Source of the DNA: Bradymonadales bacterium
GTDB lineage: Bacteria; Myxococcota_A; Bradymonadia; JAFGEP01
DNA: 64,000 nt
Assembly: GCA_016931535.1 (NCBI GenBank)
Contig: JAFGEP010000096.1
Location: 104,091 to 168,090 of the forward strand
Reading direction: 5' to 3'
Position numbers and translations under genes: made by a program
Shown here: in pieces, positions 17,586 to 27,934 of the stretch
Numbering within the stretch: the first letter of the stretch is position 1
Layout: each line of letters begins with the position of its first letter
Notes under the pieces: generated by a model
Told to the model about the DNA's origin: nothing
What the model saw: the letters and a program-made list of their open reading frames with translations, nothing else
Databases searched by the model: none

Positions 17586-20018
17586 ATGCGAGCCGTACTG
17601 TTCTCACTGGTCTTGACATGGCTGATTGGCTTGACGCCCCCTTTGTGGGCTCAGGATGCTCCCCGGGTGGATCTCGAGGAGCTGAACCCCGATACGCATC
17701 CCGGCATCCGTCTCGTGTGGGACGGTCCAAGAGAGATGCCGGGTGCCATTCTGGGGCTCGAGCTGCCCGTACGAAGCGATGATCCGGCAGGGGATGCACG
17801 AGTTTGGCTGGACCGCCACGCCCACCTGTTCGGGGTCCAGGATCCGGTCCGCGAGCTGGCGTTCGAACGGATGTCTCGAACACCGACCCGCCAGGTGATC
17901 CGTTTTGCCCAGTGGATCGGGGAGGTGCCGGTGCTGGGGGGAGAGATCGTGGTCGTGCTGGACCAGGATGGGAACCTCCGTTCGCTGGTCAACGGGTACA
18001 TCCCCCTGGATGCTGCTCTCGATGAGCTGCTCGAGATCGAGCCGGAGTGGGACCGGGAGCTGGCCTTCGAGCGGGCGATGAGAGAGGGGGACGGCCTGTT
18101 CGCGACGCCGGAGGCGATGACCGCCCGCGATATCACCCGGTTGGTCTATGTCTCTCCTGTAGGGCAGTCGCCCATGCTGGCCTGGGAGGTCCATCCCCCG
18201 GGGGTTGCGCTGCACCTCAACTACAAGCTGTACTACGACGCGTTGACCGGCGAGCGGTTGTACCTGGTCAACGATATCCGCCATGCCGAGCTGGCCAATG
18301 TGTTCCTGTTCAGTCCCGGCTACGAGGGCACTGCAGAACCGGTGGTGGACGAGCTGCTGCTGCGGGATGACCCCGACGGCTACCTCACGGGGCCGTACCT
18401 GAAGGTGAACAACTGCATCGACACGGGGGAAACGGTCATCCGCAGGACGCGCGAGGTCCCCATCTGTACCGAGATGCAGGTGGCTGTCGCTGACGAGTCG
18501 GGCGACTTCCTGTACGAGCCGGACTTTTTCTCCCCAGAGGACACGTTCGCGGAAGCGCACATGTTCTATCACACGATGCGGATCTACCAGTACCATCGGA
18601 ACCTTGGCCTGGACACGGTGACCACCGTGCCGCTCATGGCGACGGTGAACTACCGGGTGGCGGCAGACACCTCCAGCTCGGAGGAGCGGCTGGCCCCCTA
18701 TGACAACGCCTTTTTCTATCCGGCCGGCGACTATGGCTACTTTGTGCACGAGTACGACTCGATCGTGTTCGGGCAGGGAACGGAGGTCGATTTCTCCTAC
18801 GACGCTGATGTGATCTACCACGAGTTCACCCATGCGGTGTTTCAGAAGATCGCCTCTCCCGGTTACCTGACCTACGACGAATACGGCCTTCGATCGGATC
18901 CCGGCGCGTTGAACGAGGCGATGGCCGACTACTTCGCGGGGACGGTGACCGGAGATCCCGAGATCGGGGAGTTTGTGGGGCCACGAGTCGATTTCAGCGC
19001 CGATCCGGCCAGGAATATCCGTACCCTGGAGAACACCGCGACCTGCCCCACCTCGCTCATCGGGGAGTCTCACCAGGACTCGGTCCATTTTTCCGGGGCG
19101 CTGTGGGAGATCCGGAGCGCCTTTCTGGAGGCTCGACCCGAGGAGATCGAGGTCTTCGACGGTGCCGTCTATAACGCCATGAACCAGTTCACCGAGCTGG
19201 TCACCTTTGACCGGGCGGCGGCCTTGCTGGCCCATGAGCTGGAGGATCTGGGGGTCGAGCTGGAGGAGGAGATGGAAGCGGCCTGGGCGCGCCATGGGGT
19301 GCTGGACTGCCAGCGCTGGATCGATCTGAGCGACCCGGAGTCGGCGGGGGGCGAGATCTACCTGTTTGGAACCGACTACATCACCTTGACACCATGGGTG
19401 CCCGGCTTCGTCCAGTATCGGGTGACCATACCCGAATCCGATCGCATCGCCACCAGCATCGGCATCGGCTTCGACTTTTTCACCTATGACATGGGTCGAT
19501 GGGGAGGTCCGGTGGTGCCCGGTTTCGTCATCTCCGAGAATGAGCCGGTTCAGTTCCGGATCTCCGGGACCCGGCTCTCGGGCAACTGGACCCAGCAGAT
19601 CGAGGCCAGCTCTGTGCTGTCGACCCGTTACCAGGCGACCTGGGAGGTGCCGGAGGGGATCGAGCCCGGGGAGTATTACTTCCTGCCGGTAGGGCTGTCG
19701 GGGATCGAGAGCCTGCTGTGGGATGTGCAGGCCGACGTCGAGTACAAGGATGCCGAGCCGGAAGAAGAGCTGGAGCCGGTCGTAGAGCCGGCACCGGAAG
19801 AGATGGAGGAGCAGCCAGAGGAGCTGTTGCCGGATGCCGGGACGGCAGACCAGGGGGCCGAAGAGGTGGAGTCCGACATGGGGGCTTCTTCCGCAAGTGA
19901 CGATGACGGCTGTGGCTGCAGCGCCACCGGTTTTCGGAGCGCAGGACGGTCGGTCGGCGTGCTGCTTCTTGCGGGATTTGGAATACTATTCCGGCGCCGA
20001 CGTCTGAACCATACGTGA
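17586..20018 (+). CDS. Secreted M4 (thermolysin-like) zinc metalloprotease with a MYXO-CTERM-type C-terminal sorting tail
   Basis: Signal peptide MRAVLFSLVLTWLIGLTPPLWAQ. Zinc site HEFTH followed by GALNEAMADYF (HEXXH + NEAxSD third ligand). C-terminus DDDGCGCSATG...VGVLLLAGFGILFRRRRL (GCGC + hydrophobic + Arg-rich). Confidence 0.8.
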   Translation: MRAVLFSLVLTWLIGLTPPLWAQDAPRVDLEELNPDTHPGIRLVWDGPREMPGAILGLELPVRSDDPAGDARVWLDRHAHLFGVQDPVRELAFERMSRTPTRQVIRFAQWIGEVPVLGGEIVVVLDQDGNLRSLVNGYIPLDAALDELLEIEPEWDRELAFERAMREGDGLFATPEAMTARDITRLVYVSPVGQSPMLAWEVHPPGVALHLNYKLYYDALTGERLYLVNDIRHAELANVFLFSPGYEGTAEPVVDELLLRDDPDGYLTGPYLKVNNCIDTGETVIRRTREVPICTEMQVAVADESGDFLYEPDFFSPEDTFAEAHMFYHTMRIYQYHRNLGLDTVTTVPLMATVNYRVAADTSSSEERLAPYDNAFFYPAGDYGYFVHEYDSIVFGQGTEVDFSYDADVIYHEFTHAVFQKIASPGYLTYDEYGLRSDPGALNEAMADYFAGTVTGDPEIGEFVGPRVDFSADPARNIRTLENTATCPTSLIGESHQDSVHFSGALWEIRSAFLEARPEEIEVFDGAVYNAMNQFTELVTFDRAAALLAHELEDLGVELEEEMEAAWARHGVLDCQRWIDLSDPESAGGEIYLFGTDYITLTPWVPGFVQYRVTIPESDRIATSIGIGFDFFTYDMGRWGGPVVPGFVISENEPVQFRISGTRLSGNWTQQIEASSVLSTRYQATWEVPEGIEPGEYYFLPVGLSGIESLLWDVQADVEYKDAEPEEELEPVVEPAPEEMEEQPEELLPDAGTADQGAEEVESDMGASSASDDDGCGCSATGFRSAGRSVGVLLLAGFGILFRRRRLNHT

Positions 20019-20089
20019 AACCGATCGCGCGGGTCTACTGGCAGCGCGGTCGACGTTACGGTAGTGGGCTGGCCAGGGAGTGTAGGGCA

Positions 20090-20836
20090 ATGGGCAAGCA
20101 CCTGATGGTACTGGTCGTTTGGGGCCTCGTCCAGGGAATGCCAGGGGGAGATCGACTCCTGGCTGCGGCCTTGGAGGGGGACCAGGTGGAGCGGATCGAG
20201 GCGCTGCCGGCCGAGCTGACCCAGGGGGAGAACCCGCCGGCAGAAGAGCCGTTGTCGCTGGACGCAGTGGTCGGTCGGGTCCAGGCCTTCTATGACAACA
20301 GCCTGTCGTACCATGCCGATTTCGAGCAGATCTACACCAACATCGCGCTAGACCAGGATCAGACCTCCAGCGGCCACATGTACTTCTTGAAACCAGGGAG
20401 GATGCGCTGGGACTACCAGAGCCCTCAGCCGAAGTACCTGGTCAGCGATGGCACCGTCCTGTGGATGTACGAGCCGGAGTTCAACCAGGTGGCACGCCTG
20501 GAGCTGGCCAACACCGAGTTCCCCTCGGCCTTGCGGTTCCTGATGGGCGAGGGGGTGCTGGCCCAGGAGTTCGATATCAGCCCCTGTCCCACCGCCGAGG
20601 AGGGGGCCTACTGCCTTCACCTGGTTTCCCGCATTGGGGAAGGGGACTACCAGTACCTCGAGTTCCTGGTGGATGGGGTCACCTTCTCGGTGCGAGAGAC
20701 GCTGGTGGTCGATCCGATCGGCAACCGGAACCGGTTCATCTTCCGCAATGCCACCACCACCGACCCCTTGCCCGAGGAGGGGTTCCAGTTTACCCCCCCG
20801 CCCGACGCGCGCTTCGTCACCCCCGAGATCCAGTGA
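20090..20836 (+). CDS. LolA-like outer-membrane lipoprotein carrier protein
   Basis: Signal peptide, then VQAFYDNSLSYHADFEQIY...GHMYFLKPGRMRWDY...YLVSDGTVLWMYEP, which aligns with the E. coli LolA core. Confidence 0.75.
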   Translation: MGKHLMVLVVWGLVQGMPGGDRLLAAALEGDQVERIEALPAELTQGENPPAEEPLSLDAVVGRVQAFYDNSLSYHADFEQIYTNIALDQDQTSSGHMYFLKPGRMRWDYQSPQPKYLVSDGTVLWMYEPEFNQVARLELANTEFPSALRFLMGEGVLAQEFDISPCPTAEEGAYCLHLVSRIGEGDYQYLEFLVDGVTFSVRETLVVDPIGNRNRFIFRNATTTDPLPEEGFQFTPPPDARFVTPEIQ

Positions 20837-20983
20837 TCCCAACTCTGCACCAGGGCTTCTCGGTGTTCGCGCCACCCGTCGGGCGAGCAGCAGGTGGCGT
20901 TGGATGATCATTTCTTTTCAGGGCCGGTCAATGGGGTACAATGGCTCCCATCGAATCACTTGCACGAGGACAGGGAGGTCACC

Positions 20984-21853
20984 ATGCGAGAGATGCTGAG
21001 GCAAGGATTGAAGAGATTCCTCGGCGCGGAACCCGCTCGTTATGCCAGGGGACGGCGCAACGCGACCATCATCGCCATATCCTCGCAGAAGGGAGGGGTG
21101 GGCAAGACCACCACAACGGTAAGCCTGGGCGCGGCCCTGGCCCGATTTCACGGACGCGCCACCCTGATCTTGGACATGGACGCCCAGGGCCACGTCCACG
21201 AGAGCCTGAGAGAGCACGTGGTGGGCCAGGGGGGCCGCCTCTCCTCGATCCTGCTCTCCTCCAGCAGCGCAGATGTGCTCGACAGCATCGTCAGCACCAC
21301 CATCGCCAACCTGCACATCACCCCCGCTGATCGCCACCTCAGCGAGACCGAGAGCCTGCTGGCCACCAAGATCGGCAAGGAGTTCATCCTGCGGGATGCG
21401 CTCAAGTACACCCGCACCCACTATGATTTCATCCTGATCGACTGCCCCCCCAACCTGGGCAACCTGACGCTGAACGCACTGGTGGCGGCCGATGCGGTGC
21501 TTATACCGTGCGATCCGTCACCGCTCGCCATCTCCGGGGTGGGGGAGATCATCCGGACGATGGCCACCATCAACGAGCGGCTCAACCGGGACCTGGACAT
21601 CCTGGGGATCCTGCTGACCCGGATCGATGGCCGCAACCGGACGGTCAACGAGGCGGTGGAGCGAGAGCTGCGCCGGGACTATGGAGACCTGGTGCTGGAC
21701 AACACCATCGGCGTCAATACCGGTCTGGCCAAGTCCCAGTTCTCTGGCACCTCCATCTACGACTACGACCCGGAGAGCCGGGCCGCCCTGCAGTACCGGA
21801 AGGTCGCGCAGGAGATGATGGCAAGGATGATGGGGAGCGTCTTGAGCTCCTAG
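20984..21853 (+). CDS. ParA/MinD-family P-loop ATPase
   Basis: Deviant Walker A ISSQKGGVGKTTT, Walker B LIDCPP. GGAGG RBS upstream of ATG 20984. Confidence 0.85.
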   Translation: MREMLRQGLKRFLGAEPARYARGRRNATIIAISSQKGGVGKTTTTVSLGAALARFHGRATLILDMDAQGHVHESLREHVVGQGGRLSSILLSSSSADVLDSIVSTTIANLHITPADRHLSETESLLATKIGKEFILRDALKYTRTHYDFILIDCPPNLGNLTLNALVAADAVLIPCDPSPLAISGVGEIIRTMATINERLNRDLDILGILLTRIDGRNRTVNEAVERELRRDYGDLVLDNTIGVNTGLAKSQFSGTSIYDYDPESRAALQYRKVAQEMMARMMGSVLSS

Positions 21854-22159
21854 TCTGCGCTTCCTGGTTGAGGGGCGGAGCCGGGTGGCGGCCCGACCGC
21901 ATGGGCCGCGATCGACTCGGAAGAGCAGACAGGCGGACGGCCTTGCTGGTCAACTGTTGGTGGGGGGAGAGGTAAAACCGGAAGCGGAACGCATCAAGCG
22001 GGTAGCGGATCACCGACATCTCGGGTTATCTATGGGGGGTTCTTGGCGAAGGGGTGCGGCAAGCCGAGCACGGTCACCCCACACCCAAGATCCGAAGCCA
22101 ACACACAAATACGCAGGTTGGAGGTCACGGTGCACCAACAGGATCTGGCACTGGGAGCG

Positions 22160-23671
22160 ATGGGGCTCGTGCAGGAGGAGCCGACGATTTTCGACGTCGG
22201 TCGGCCGGGGTTGACCGGTGTGGATCTGGGGCCCTGCGACGTGCCTGGGGTCGAGCCTACCGAGGTGATCCCGGAGGACTGGTTGCGCAGGGAGCCGGCC
22301 GAGCTACCGGAGGTGAGCGAGCCGGACGTCGTCCGTCACTACACGCGGTTGAGCCAGTGGAACTACAGTATCGATACCGGGTTGTATCCGCTGGGGAGCT
22401 GCACGATGAAGTACAACCCACGGATGAACGAGGCATTTGCCCGTTTGGAGGGTTTTGCCCGGTTGCATCCCTACCTGCCGGCCGAAAGGGTGCAGGGGGC
22501 CTACCGGCTGATGGTCGAGCTGCAGGAGATGCTCTGCGAGATCAGCGGGTTGGATGCCTGCTCGCTCCAACCGGCGGCGGGTGCCCAGGGGGAGCTCACC
22601 GGGCTGCTCTGCATCCGAGCCTACCATCGGCAGCGCGGCCAGGGCGATCGCCGGACGATCCTGGTACCGGACAGCGCCCACGGTACCAATCCGGCCAGCG
22701 CCGCCCTTTGCGGGATGAAGGCGGTGCAGATCCAGAGCGGCCAGGACGGCATCGTCCATCCGGATGCGGTGAGAGCCCGGATCGATGAGAAGCTGGCCGG
22801 GATCATGATCACCAATCCCAACACGCTGGGGTTGTTCGAGTCCCACATCGAGGAGATCTGCCGGCTGGTGCACGAGTCGGGGGGGCTGGTGTACTGCGAT
22901 GGGGCCAACATGAACGGCGTCATGGGGCGTTCCCGGCCGGGGGACTGGGGGGTGGATGTGATGCACCTCAACCTCCACAAGACCTTCTCCACGCCGCATG
23001 GGGGCGGGGGTCCTGGCGCCGGTCCCATCTGTGTCCGGCGGATCCTGGAGCCCTTTCTGCCCGTTCCTCGGATCGAGCGGGACGAGGAGGGGCACTACCT
23101 GGCGACGACGGACCGTCCCTTGTCGATCGGGCGGGTCCGGAGCTTCTATGGCCAGTTCCTGGTGCTGGTTCGGGCCTACGCCTACATCAAGACCTGCGGT
23201 TATGCGGGGTTGCGGGCCGCGGCCGAGTCGGCCGTGCTGAACGCCAACTACCTGCGGGTGCGTCTGCAGGAGCACTTTCCGATCGCCCACGATCGCTCGT
23301 GCATGCACGAGTGCATCTTTTCCGACCAACAGCTGCAAGCGTATGGAGTCAAGACGCTCGATGTCGCCAAACGGCTGATCGACTATGGCTTTCATCCCCC
23401 GACGGTCTACTTTCCCCTCATCGTGAAGGGCGCCCTGATGATCGAGCCCACCGAGAGCGAGAACCGCCAGACGCTGGATCGATTCGTCTCGGCCATGGCC
23501 GCCATCGCCCGGGAGGCCCGCGAGAATCCGGAGCTGCTGCACCAGGCGCCTAGCCGGGCCTTTCGCCGCCGGCTGGATGAGACCCAGGCCAACCGACGTC
23601 CCATCCTGACCTATCGCATGGGAGCGGGTCAGAACCGGAAAGGTCAGGGGTCGAAGAACCAGTCGGTGTAG
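22160..23671 (+). CDS. gcvPB: Glycine dehydrogenase (decarboxylating) subunit 2, glycine cleavage P-protein C-terminal subunit
   Basis: N-terminus EPTIFDVGRPG...AELPEVSEPDVVRHYTRLSQWNYSIDTGLYPLGSCTMKYNP and the PLP-lysine region HLNLHKTFSTPHGGGGPG match GcvPB. No gcvPA is adjacent. Confidence 0.85.
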   Translation: MGLVQEEPTIFDVGRPGLTGVDLGPCDVPGVEPTEVIPEDWLRREPAELPEVSEPDVVRHYTRLSQWNYSIDTGLYPLGSCTMKYNPRMNEAFARLEGFARLHPYLPAERVQGAYRLMVELQEMLCEISGLDACSLQPAAGAQGELTGLLCIRAYHRQRGQGDRRTILVPDSAHGTNPASAALCGMKAVQIQSGQDGIVHPDAVRARIDEKLAGIMITNPNTLGLFESHIEEICRLVHESGGLVYCDGANMNGVMGRSRPGDWGVDVMHLNLHKTFSTPHGGGGPGAGPICVRRILEPFLPVPRIERDEEGHYLATTDRPLSIGRVRSFYGQFLVLVRAYAYIKTCGYAGLRAAAESAVLNANYLRVRLQEHFPIAHDRSCMHECIFSDQQLQAYGVKTLDVAKRLIDYGFHPPTVYFPLIVKGALMIEPTESENRQTLDRFVSAMAAIAREARENPELLHQAPSRAFRRRLDETQANRRPILTYRMGAGQNRKGQGSKNQSV

Positions 23672-25128
23672 AACATCCCCATCCGTTTGAAGGTCACCGC
23701 GCCGAAGGCGTTGACCAGAAACCCCACCACCACCAGTACCTTGAAGAGGACGGTGAGGGGGTATCGCCCGATGGCCAGCAGGACGATGAGATAGGGGGTG
23801 TAGTCCAGGCTGAAGCGATAGCCGAACTGCTCCCAGCCGGTGTTCTGGTAGAAGAAGTGGAGCACCGCCATCAGGAACACCACCAGCCATAACAGTCGGA
23901 ACCAGAACACATCCTGGCGATACAGGCGGGGTCGGTTCTTGAACAGGTAGAACCATACCGGGGTGGTGAGAAACAGGCTCATGCCGTGCCGGCTGATCAG
24001 GACGTAGGGTGGATGCAGCTGGAGGCGTGGCACCAGGGCAAAGGCGGCGGCCAGGTTCCTTCCCAAGAAGTGGTAGTTGAACAGTCCGTAGTCTCGGATG
24101 TGGGTGAGACGGCCTTCCGCCAGGTATCGGTGGCCGAACTCGAACCAGCTCTCGAACCGGGCATGGTTCATGTAGAGCAGCGCGATGCCGATCACCAGGG
24201 GAAACAGGCAGAACTGGGCCAGCTTGAAGAGGGTCCGGCCCCAGTCCGAACGACGCCAACGTCCTCCCGGGAAGAAGAGGAAAGCGAAAAAGAGGAGGGC
24301 GGACCAGATCAGTGGGGTGCGGGTGGCAAAGCCGCAGGCCAGGAACAAACCCGCCAAGAGAGGATGCCTGGCGTCCAGCGCACAGAGCAGGTAGAGCAGA
24401 GTGAAGGTGATCCCGACGATCAGGGCGGTGAACCAGACCTGGCCCAGGATGGAGCACCACAGGTAGGTGGTTCCGAAGCCGAACAGGAAGACCAGCCAGA
24501 GGTTCTCCTGGTGGCTTCGCTCGGACCGTCCTCCCCGGGAGATCCGGCGCAGCACCAGGTACATCAGGGGCAGGTTGAGGGCCGCGAAGAACAGGGTGAA
24601 CCAGATGTCGTTGAATCCGTAACCCCAGATGGCCACCCCCGGCATCATGAGAACGGCCGGCCCCGGCGGGAAGGAGACATAGTAGTGGCGCTGCTCGCGC
24701 AGGCGGCGCTGGTCGGCCTGGTCGACAAGGTACATCTCGCCCGACAGGGTGAGAAACTTGCCGGCCTCTCGGTCGTACCATACCCCGCGGACGACCTCGC
24801 CTCCCGGGAGCTCCGTCTCGATATAGCGGGCCCAGTCGTTGTCGTGTCCCGGTGGCGGGTGCCGGGTCAGCTCCAGCTGGCCGTGGAGGAAGGCGTCGGC
24901 CAGGTAGATGAAGTGAGGATCGGTGGACTGCCTGCCGAGGCGGTCGAAGGTGAACAGGCAGAAAACGACCAGGCCGATGAAGAACAGGGCGAGCGGGGTT
25001 CGGATCGAGCGCCAGAACCCCAGTCCAGGGGCATCGGCCAGTGATCGGTCAGGGTCCAGAGAGGCCACCTCTCCATAGGGGCTGGGGTGGGTCCCGGAAG
25101 CGGTGATTTTCTCCAGTCGTTGGACCAC
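23644..25128 (-). CDS. Polytopic membrane protein, GT-C-like (ArnT/PMT-family-like glycosyltransferase candidate)
   Basis: About 12 predicted TM helices, aromatic-rich. Converges on gcvPB with a 28-nt overlap. The family assignment is tentative. Confidence 0.5.
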   Translation of the reverse strand: MVQRLEKITASGTHPSPYGEVASLDPDRSLADAPGLGFWRSIRTPLALFFIGLVVFCLFTFDRLGRQSTDPHFIYLADAFLHGQLELTRHPPPGHDNDWARYIETELPGGEVVRGVWYDREAGKFLTLSGEMYLVDQADQRRLREQRHYYVSFPPGPAVLMMPGVAIWGYGFNDIWFTLFFAALNLPLMYLVLRRISRGGRSERSHQENLWLVFLFGFGTTYLWCSILGQVWFTALIVGITFTLLYLLCALDARHPLLAGLFLACGFATRTPLIWSALLFFAFLFFPGGRWRRSDWGRTLFKLAQFCLFPLVIGIALLYMNHARFESWFEFGHRYLAEGRLTHIRDYGLFNYHFLGRNLAAAFALVPRLQLHPPYVLISRHGMSLFLTTPVWFYLFKNRPRLYRQDVFWFRLLWLVVFLMAVLHFFYQNTGWEQFGYRFSLDYTPYLIVLLAIGRYPLTVLFKVLVVVGFLVNAFGAVTFKRMGMFYTDWFFDP

Positions 25129-25428
25129 CTGCTCTGTATGGCTCCTATCCGGTTGGGTTGCCAGAGGCTGGCCGGGAAATAGCAGGCTATCCGGAGGATG
25201 ACAAGGGTGGAGCGACGCCGCCTGGGGTCACAAGCCCGCTTTTTTCCCGCCTGGTTGCGCGGCCAGTTCGATCGCGGCAGCAAGGCGCCCTCTCGCCCCC
25301 GCACACGACCGTGACTCCGGGCGGCTGAAGCGGGTCCGGGACCTTGGGGCTCCTTGTGCGGGTGTGGGGCACGATGGGGGACCAGCAGTTGCTTGGAAAG
25401 AGGGCGGAGTGGGGCTACTGTGGGCGCG

Positions 25429-27150
25429 ATGCGAAGGGTGACCGCCATGGCGGATCGGGTGCGGCGCCTGGTAGGGCAAAGCCCCACAAGACTCGGGCTG
25501 GCGCTGTTCTGCCTGCTGGTGGTGGCCTACCTGCCGGCATTGGCCAACGGCTTTGTCTGGGACGACATCAACGACATCTTGTTGAGCGACCGGCTGCGGA
25601 GTTGGGCCGCTCTGGGCGAGGTATTTCGGAATCCGGCGATGTGGGCGGCCGATCTCAATGTCGGTCCGGTGGCGACCTATCGCCCGCTGTCGCTGGGCTC
25701 CTTTGTCATCGACTACCAGATCTTCGGGTTGAACGCCTGGGGGTATCACCTGAGCAGCATCCTCTGGCACGGCCTGGCCCAGCTGGCGGTCTTTCTGCTG
25801 TTGCGCCGGTGGGTGCCGGCCGGGGCGGCCTTCGTGTTGGCCCTGATCGGCGGGCTGCATCCGGTCACTACTGAGGCGGTGGTCTGGATCAACGGTCGTT
25901 CGGAGGTGTTTGCGCTCCTGTTCGGAGCCCTGGCTTTGCTGGTGGCATCGAGGGGTTCGCCGAGCTGGGGGCGAGGGGTGGCGGTGGGTTGCCTGCTGCT
26001 GCTGTCGGCGCTGGGGAAGGAGACCGGTCTGGTGTTCATCCCCCTGGCGGTAGCCGTCCCCTACCTGCCGTGCGGCTCGTCACCAGGCAGTAGAGTCGGG
26101 GAGTCGGTCGAGCTTGCAGGGGTTGAGGAGCATGTCCGGAGAGGGAAGGAGGTTTTTCGGGGGGTGCCCAACCTGGCGATGGGGTTGGTGGTCGGAGGGC
26201 TGTACTTTCAAATGAGGAGGTGGGCCGTCGGGTTCGAGCTGGCGGTCCCGAGGTTCGAGCTGTGGGAAGCGCTGACCGTGCTGCCCTCGGTGACCCTCAA
26301 GGCGCTGCAGGCGATCGCGATCCCGCTCGATCGCTCGGTGGTGCCGATGTCGCACTGGTTGCAGGGGCTGGCCGGGTGGGAGCGGGGGCTGTACGGGATC
26401 GCCTTTGGCCTGCTGGTCGCGCTGTGGGGGGTGTTGCTGATCAGGCGGCGCTGGCTGGCGTTGTTTGGTTTGAGCTGGTGGCTGGCGTCGCTGATGCTGC
26501 TTCCCCTGATCGTGGTCATGAAGTGGCCGGGGCTACACCGCTGGTTGTACATCGGTCTTCCCGGGCTGGGGCTGGCGATCTATCGGCTGGCCGGCCATCG
26601 CCTCCGGGCGGGCGTGGTGCGGAACGGGGTGGTGATCGCGCTGATCGGTGGCTCTCTGTTCCTCACCGAGCGCAACATCCCGGTCTGGCGGGATCAGATC
26701 TCCCTGTTTCACGCCATGGTCGAGGAGTGGCCGGAGGATCCCTACGCCTTCCAGTCGCTGGCGGTAGCCTACCTGCATGCCGATCGAAATCGGGAGGCGG
26801 AAGAGGCGCTGCGCATCGCCATCGAGCTGGGACCGTGGAGCAGTCGGGCGCACTGGCTGTTGGGGGCGGCCCTGGCTCGCCAGGGCCACTGTGAGGAAGG
26901 GGTGAGGGCGGTGTACTCCCATCCGGAGGTGGTGTCCCAACCAGAGATGACCTCGGTCCGTGACCTGGGGGAGTGTTATCTCGGTCGGGGGCAACACGAT
27001 TCTGCGGAGCGGTTCTTCCGGCTATGTGCCGAGCGGATCACCCGGTGTCAGCAGGCGATCTCGCAGCTCGAGGCGATGGAAGAGGAAAGTGGGCCAGGGG
27101 GCGGAGGCGGCCTGGTACCGGAAGGGAGCGGGTCGCTGGTCAATCCATGA
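25429..27150 (+). CDS. TPR-containing membrane protein of the TMTC/PMT-like (DUF1736, GT-C) type
   Basis: FVWDDINDIL motif characteristic of PMT/TMTC-type GT-C enzymes, multiple TM helices, C-terminal TPR repeats (AYLHADRNREAEEALRIAIELGPWSSRAHWLLGAALARQGHCEEG). Confidence 0.55.
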   Translation: MRRVTAMADRVRRLVGQSPTRLGLALFCLLVVAYLPALANGFVWDDINDILLSDRLRSWAALGEVFRNPAMWAADLNVGPVATYRPLSLGSFVIDYQIFGLNAWGYHLSSILWHGLAQLAVFLLLRRWVPAGAAFVLALIGGLHPVTTEAVVWINGRSEVFALLFGALALLVASRGSPSWGRGVAVGCLLLLSALGKETGLVFIPLAVAVPYLPCGSSPGSRVGESVELAGVEEHVRRGKEVFRGVPNLAMGLVVGGLYFQMRRWAVGFELAVPRFELWEALTVLPSVTLKALQAIAIPLDRSVVPMSHWLQGLAGWERGLYGIAFGLLVALWGVLLIRRRWLALFGLSWWLASLMLLPLIVVMKWPGLHRWLYIGLPGLGLAIYRLAGHRLRAGVVRNGVVIALIGGSLFLTERNIPVWRDQISLFHAMVEEWPEDPYAFQSLAVAYLHADRNREAEEALRIAIELGPWSSRAHWLLGAALARQGHCEEGVRAVYSHPEVVSQPEMTSVRDLGECYLGRGQHDSAERFFRLCAERITRCQQAISQLEAMEEESGPGGGGGLVPEGSGSLVNP

Positions 27151-27934
27151 GGTCGTAGCAGATGTCGTCGTGGTCCTCGTACCACTCCTGGGTGCCACTG
27201 TTCATGCGAGAAAGCACCTCGGCCCGGCTACCCAGGCTCCACATGCCCAGCTCCTGCTCGATGGCCTCGAACTCGGCCTCGCAGTAGGTGGCCATGCGGT
27301 CGCACTCGTAGCGGGTGAAGGTCAGGGCGTGGCCGTTTCGGGCCATGTGCTCGCTCAGGTCTCCCACCTCACCGTCCAGGAACGCCAGGTAGCGGTCGAA
27401 GGTGTCCAGGGGGCAAGGTTGTCCCGGCGACTGACCGCAATGGACGGTCACCTGCTGGCCTTCAGCCACGTCTGCCAGGGCCTGCGCGGCGTTGTACCCC
27501 CACGGTTCCTGGTCGGAGGAGCAGACGTACTGGTATCCATCGGCCGTGTACTGCCGTGTCTTGTCGCATTCCGGTGCGTTGATCCCGTAGAGCCGCACCT
27601 TGTGGTACCAGCCGTCGACGGTGACATGGACGGTGTCGCCGTCGGTGATGACTGTGATGGTGCCGACCACCCCCTCGCGCAGGATCCGGTCGGGGGTGGT
27701 ATCCGGACTGGTATCGGGCTGGCTGTCGGGTGGAATGGCCGTGTCGTCGCCGTTCTCCTCCGCCGCGGTGTCGAAGAGAGGTGGCACATCGGCGGGGGCA
27801 TCTCGCAGAGAGCCGGCGGAAACGCTGTCGGAGGGGCCGCTGGAGCACGCGACCAGAGCGGTGCCGGGCAGGGCCGACAAGAGGAGGATCAGAGCGAGGG
27901 ATCCAAGGGCCGAAACAGGAGTACGAGGGTTCAT
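27140..27934 (-). CDS. Thermonuclease (staphylococcal-nuclease-like) lipoprotein
   Basis: Lipobox LLLSALPGTALVACS. SNase core TVITDGDTVHVTVDGWYHKVRLYGINAPE. Confidence 0.8.
   Translation of the reverse strand: MNPRTPVSALGSLALILLLSALPGTALVACSSGPSDSVSAGSLRDAPADVPPLFDTAAEENGDDTAIPPDSQPDTSPDTTPDRILREGVVGTITVITDGDTVHVTVDGWYHKVRLYGINAPECDKTRQYTADGYQYVCSSDQEPWGYNAAQALADVAEGQQVTVHCGQSPGQPCPLDTFDRYLAFLDGEVGDLSEHMARNGHALTFTRYECDRMATYCEAEFEAIEQELGMWSLGSRAEVLSRMNSGTQEWYEDHDDICYDLMD

Noticed and set aside
17604-19295. 563-aa minus-strand ORF
   Set aside because: Antisense to the M4 protease gene, which carries HEXXH, a signal peptide and MYXO-CTERM. No domain signal.
22304-24781. 825-aa minus-strand ORF
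   Set aside because: Antisense to gcvPB and then out of frame with the GT-C membrane-protein gene. Extremely Pro/Arg/Gly-rich. The real genes on the two strands are clearly identified.
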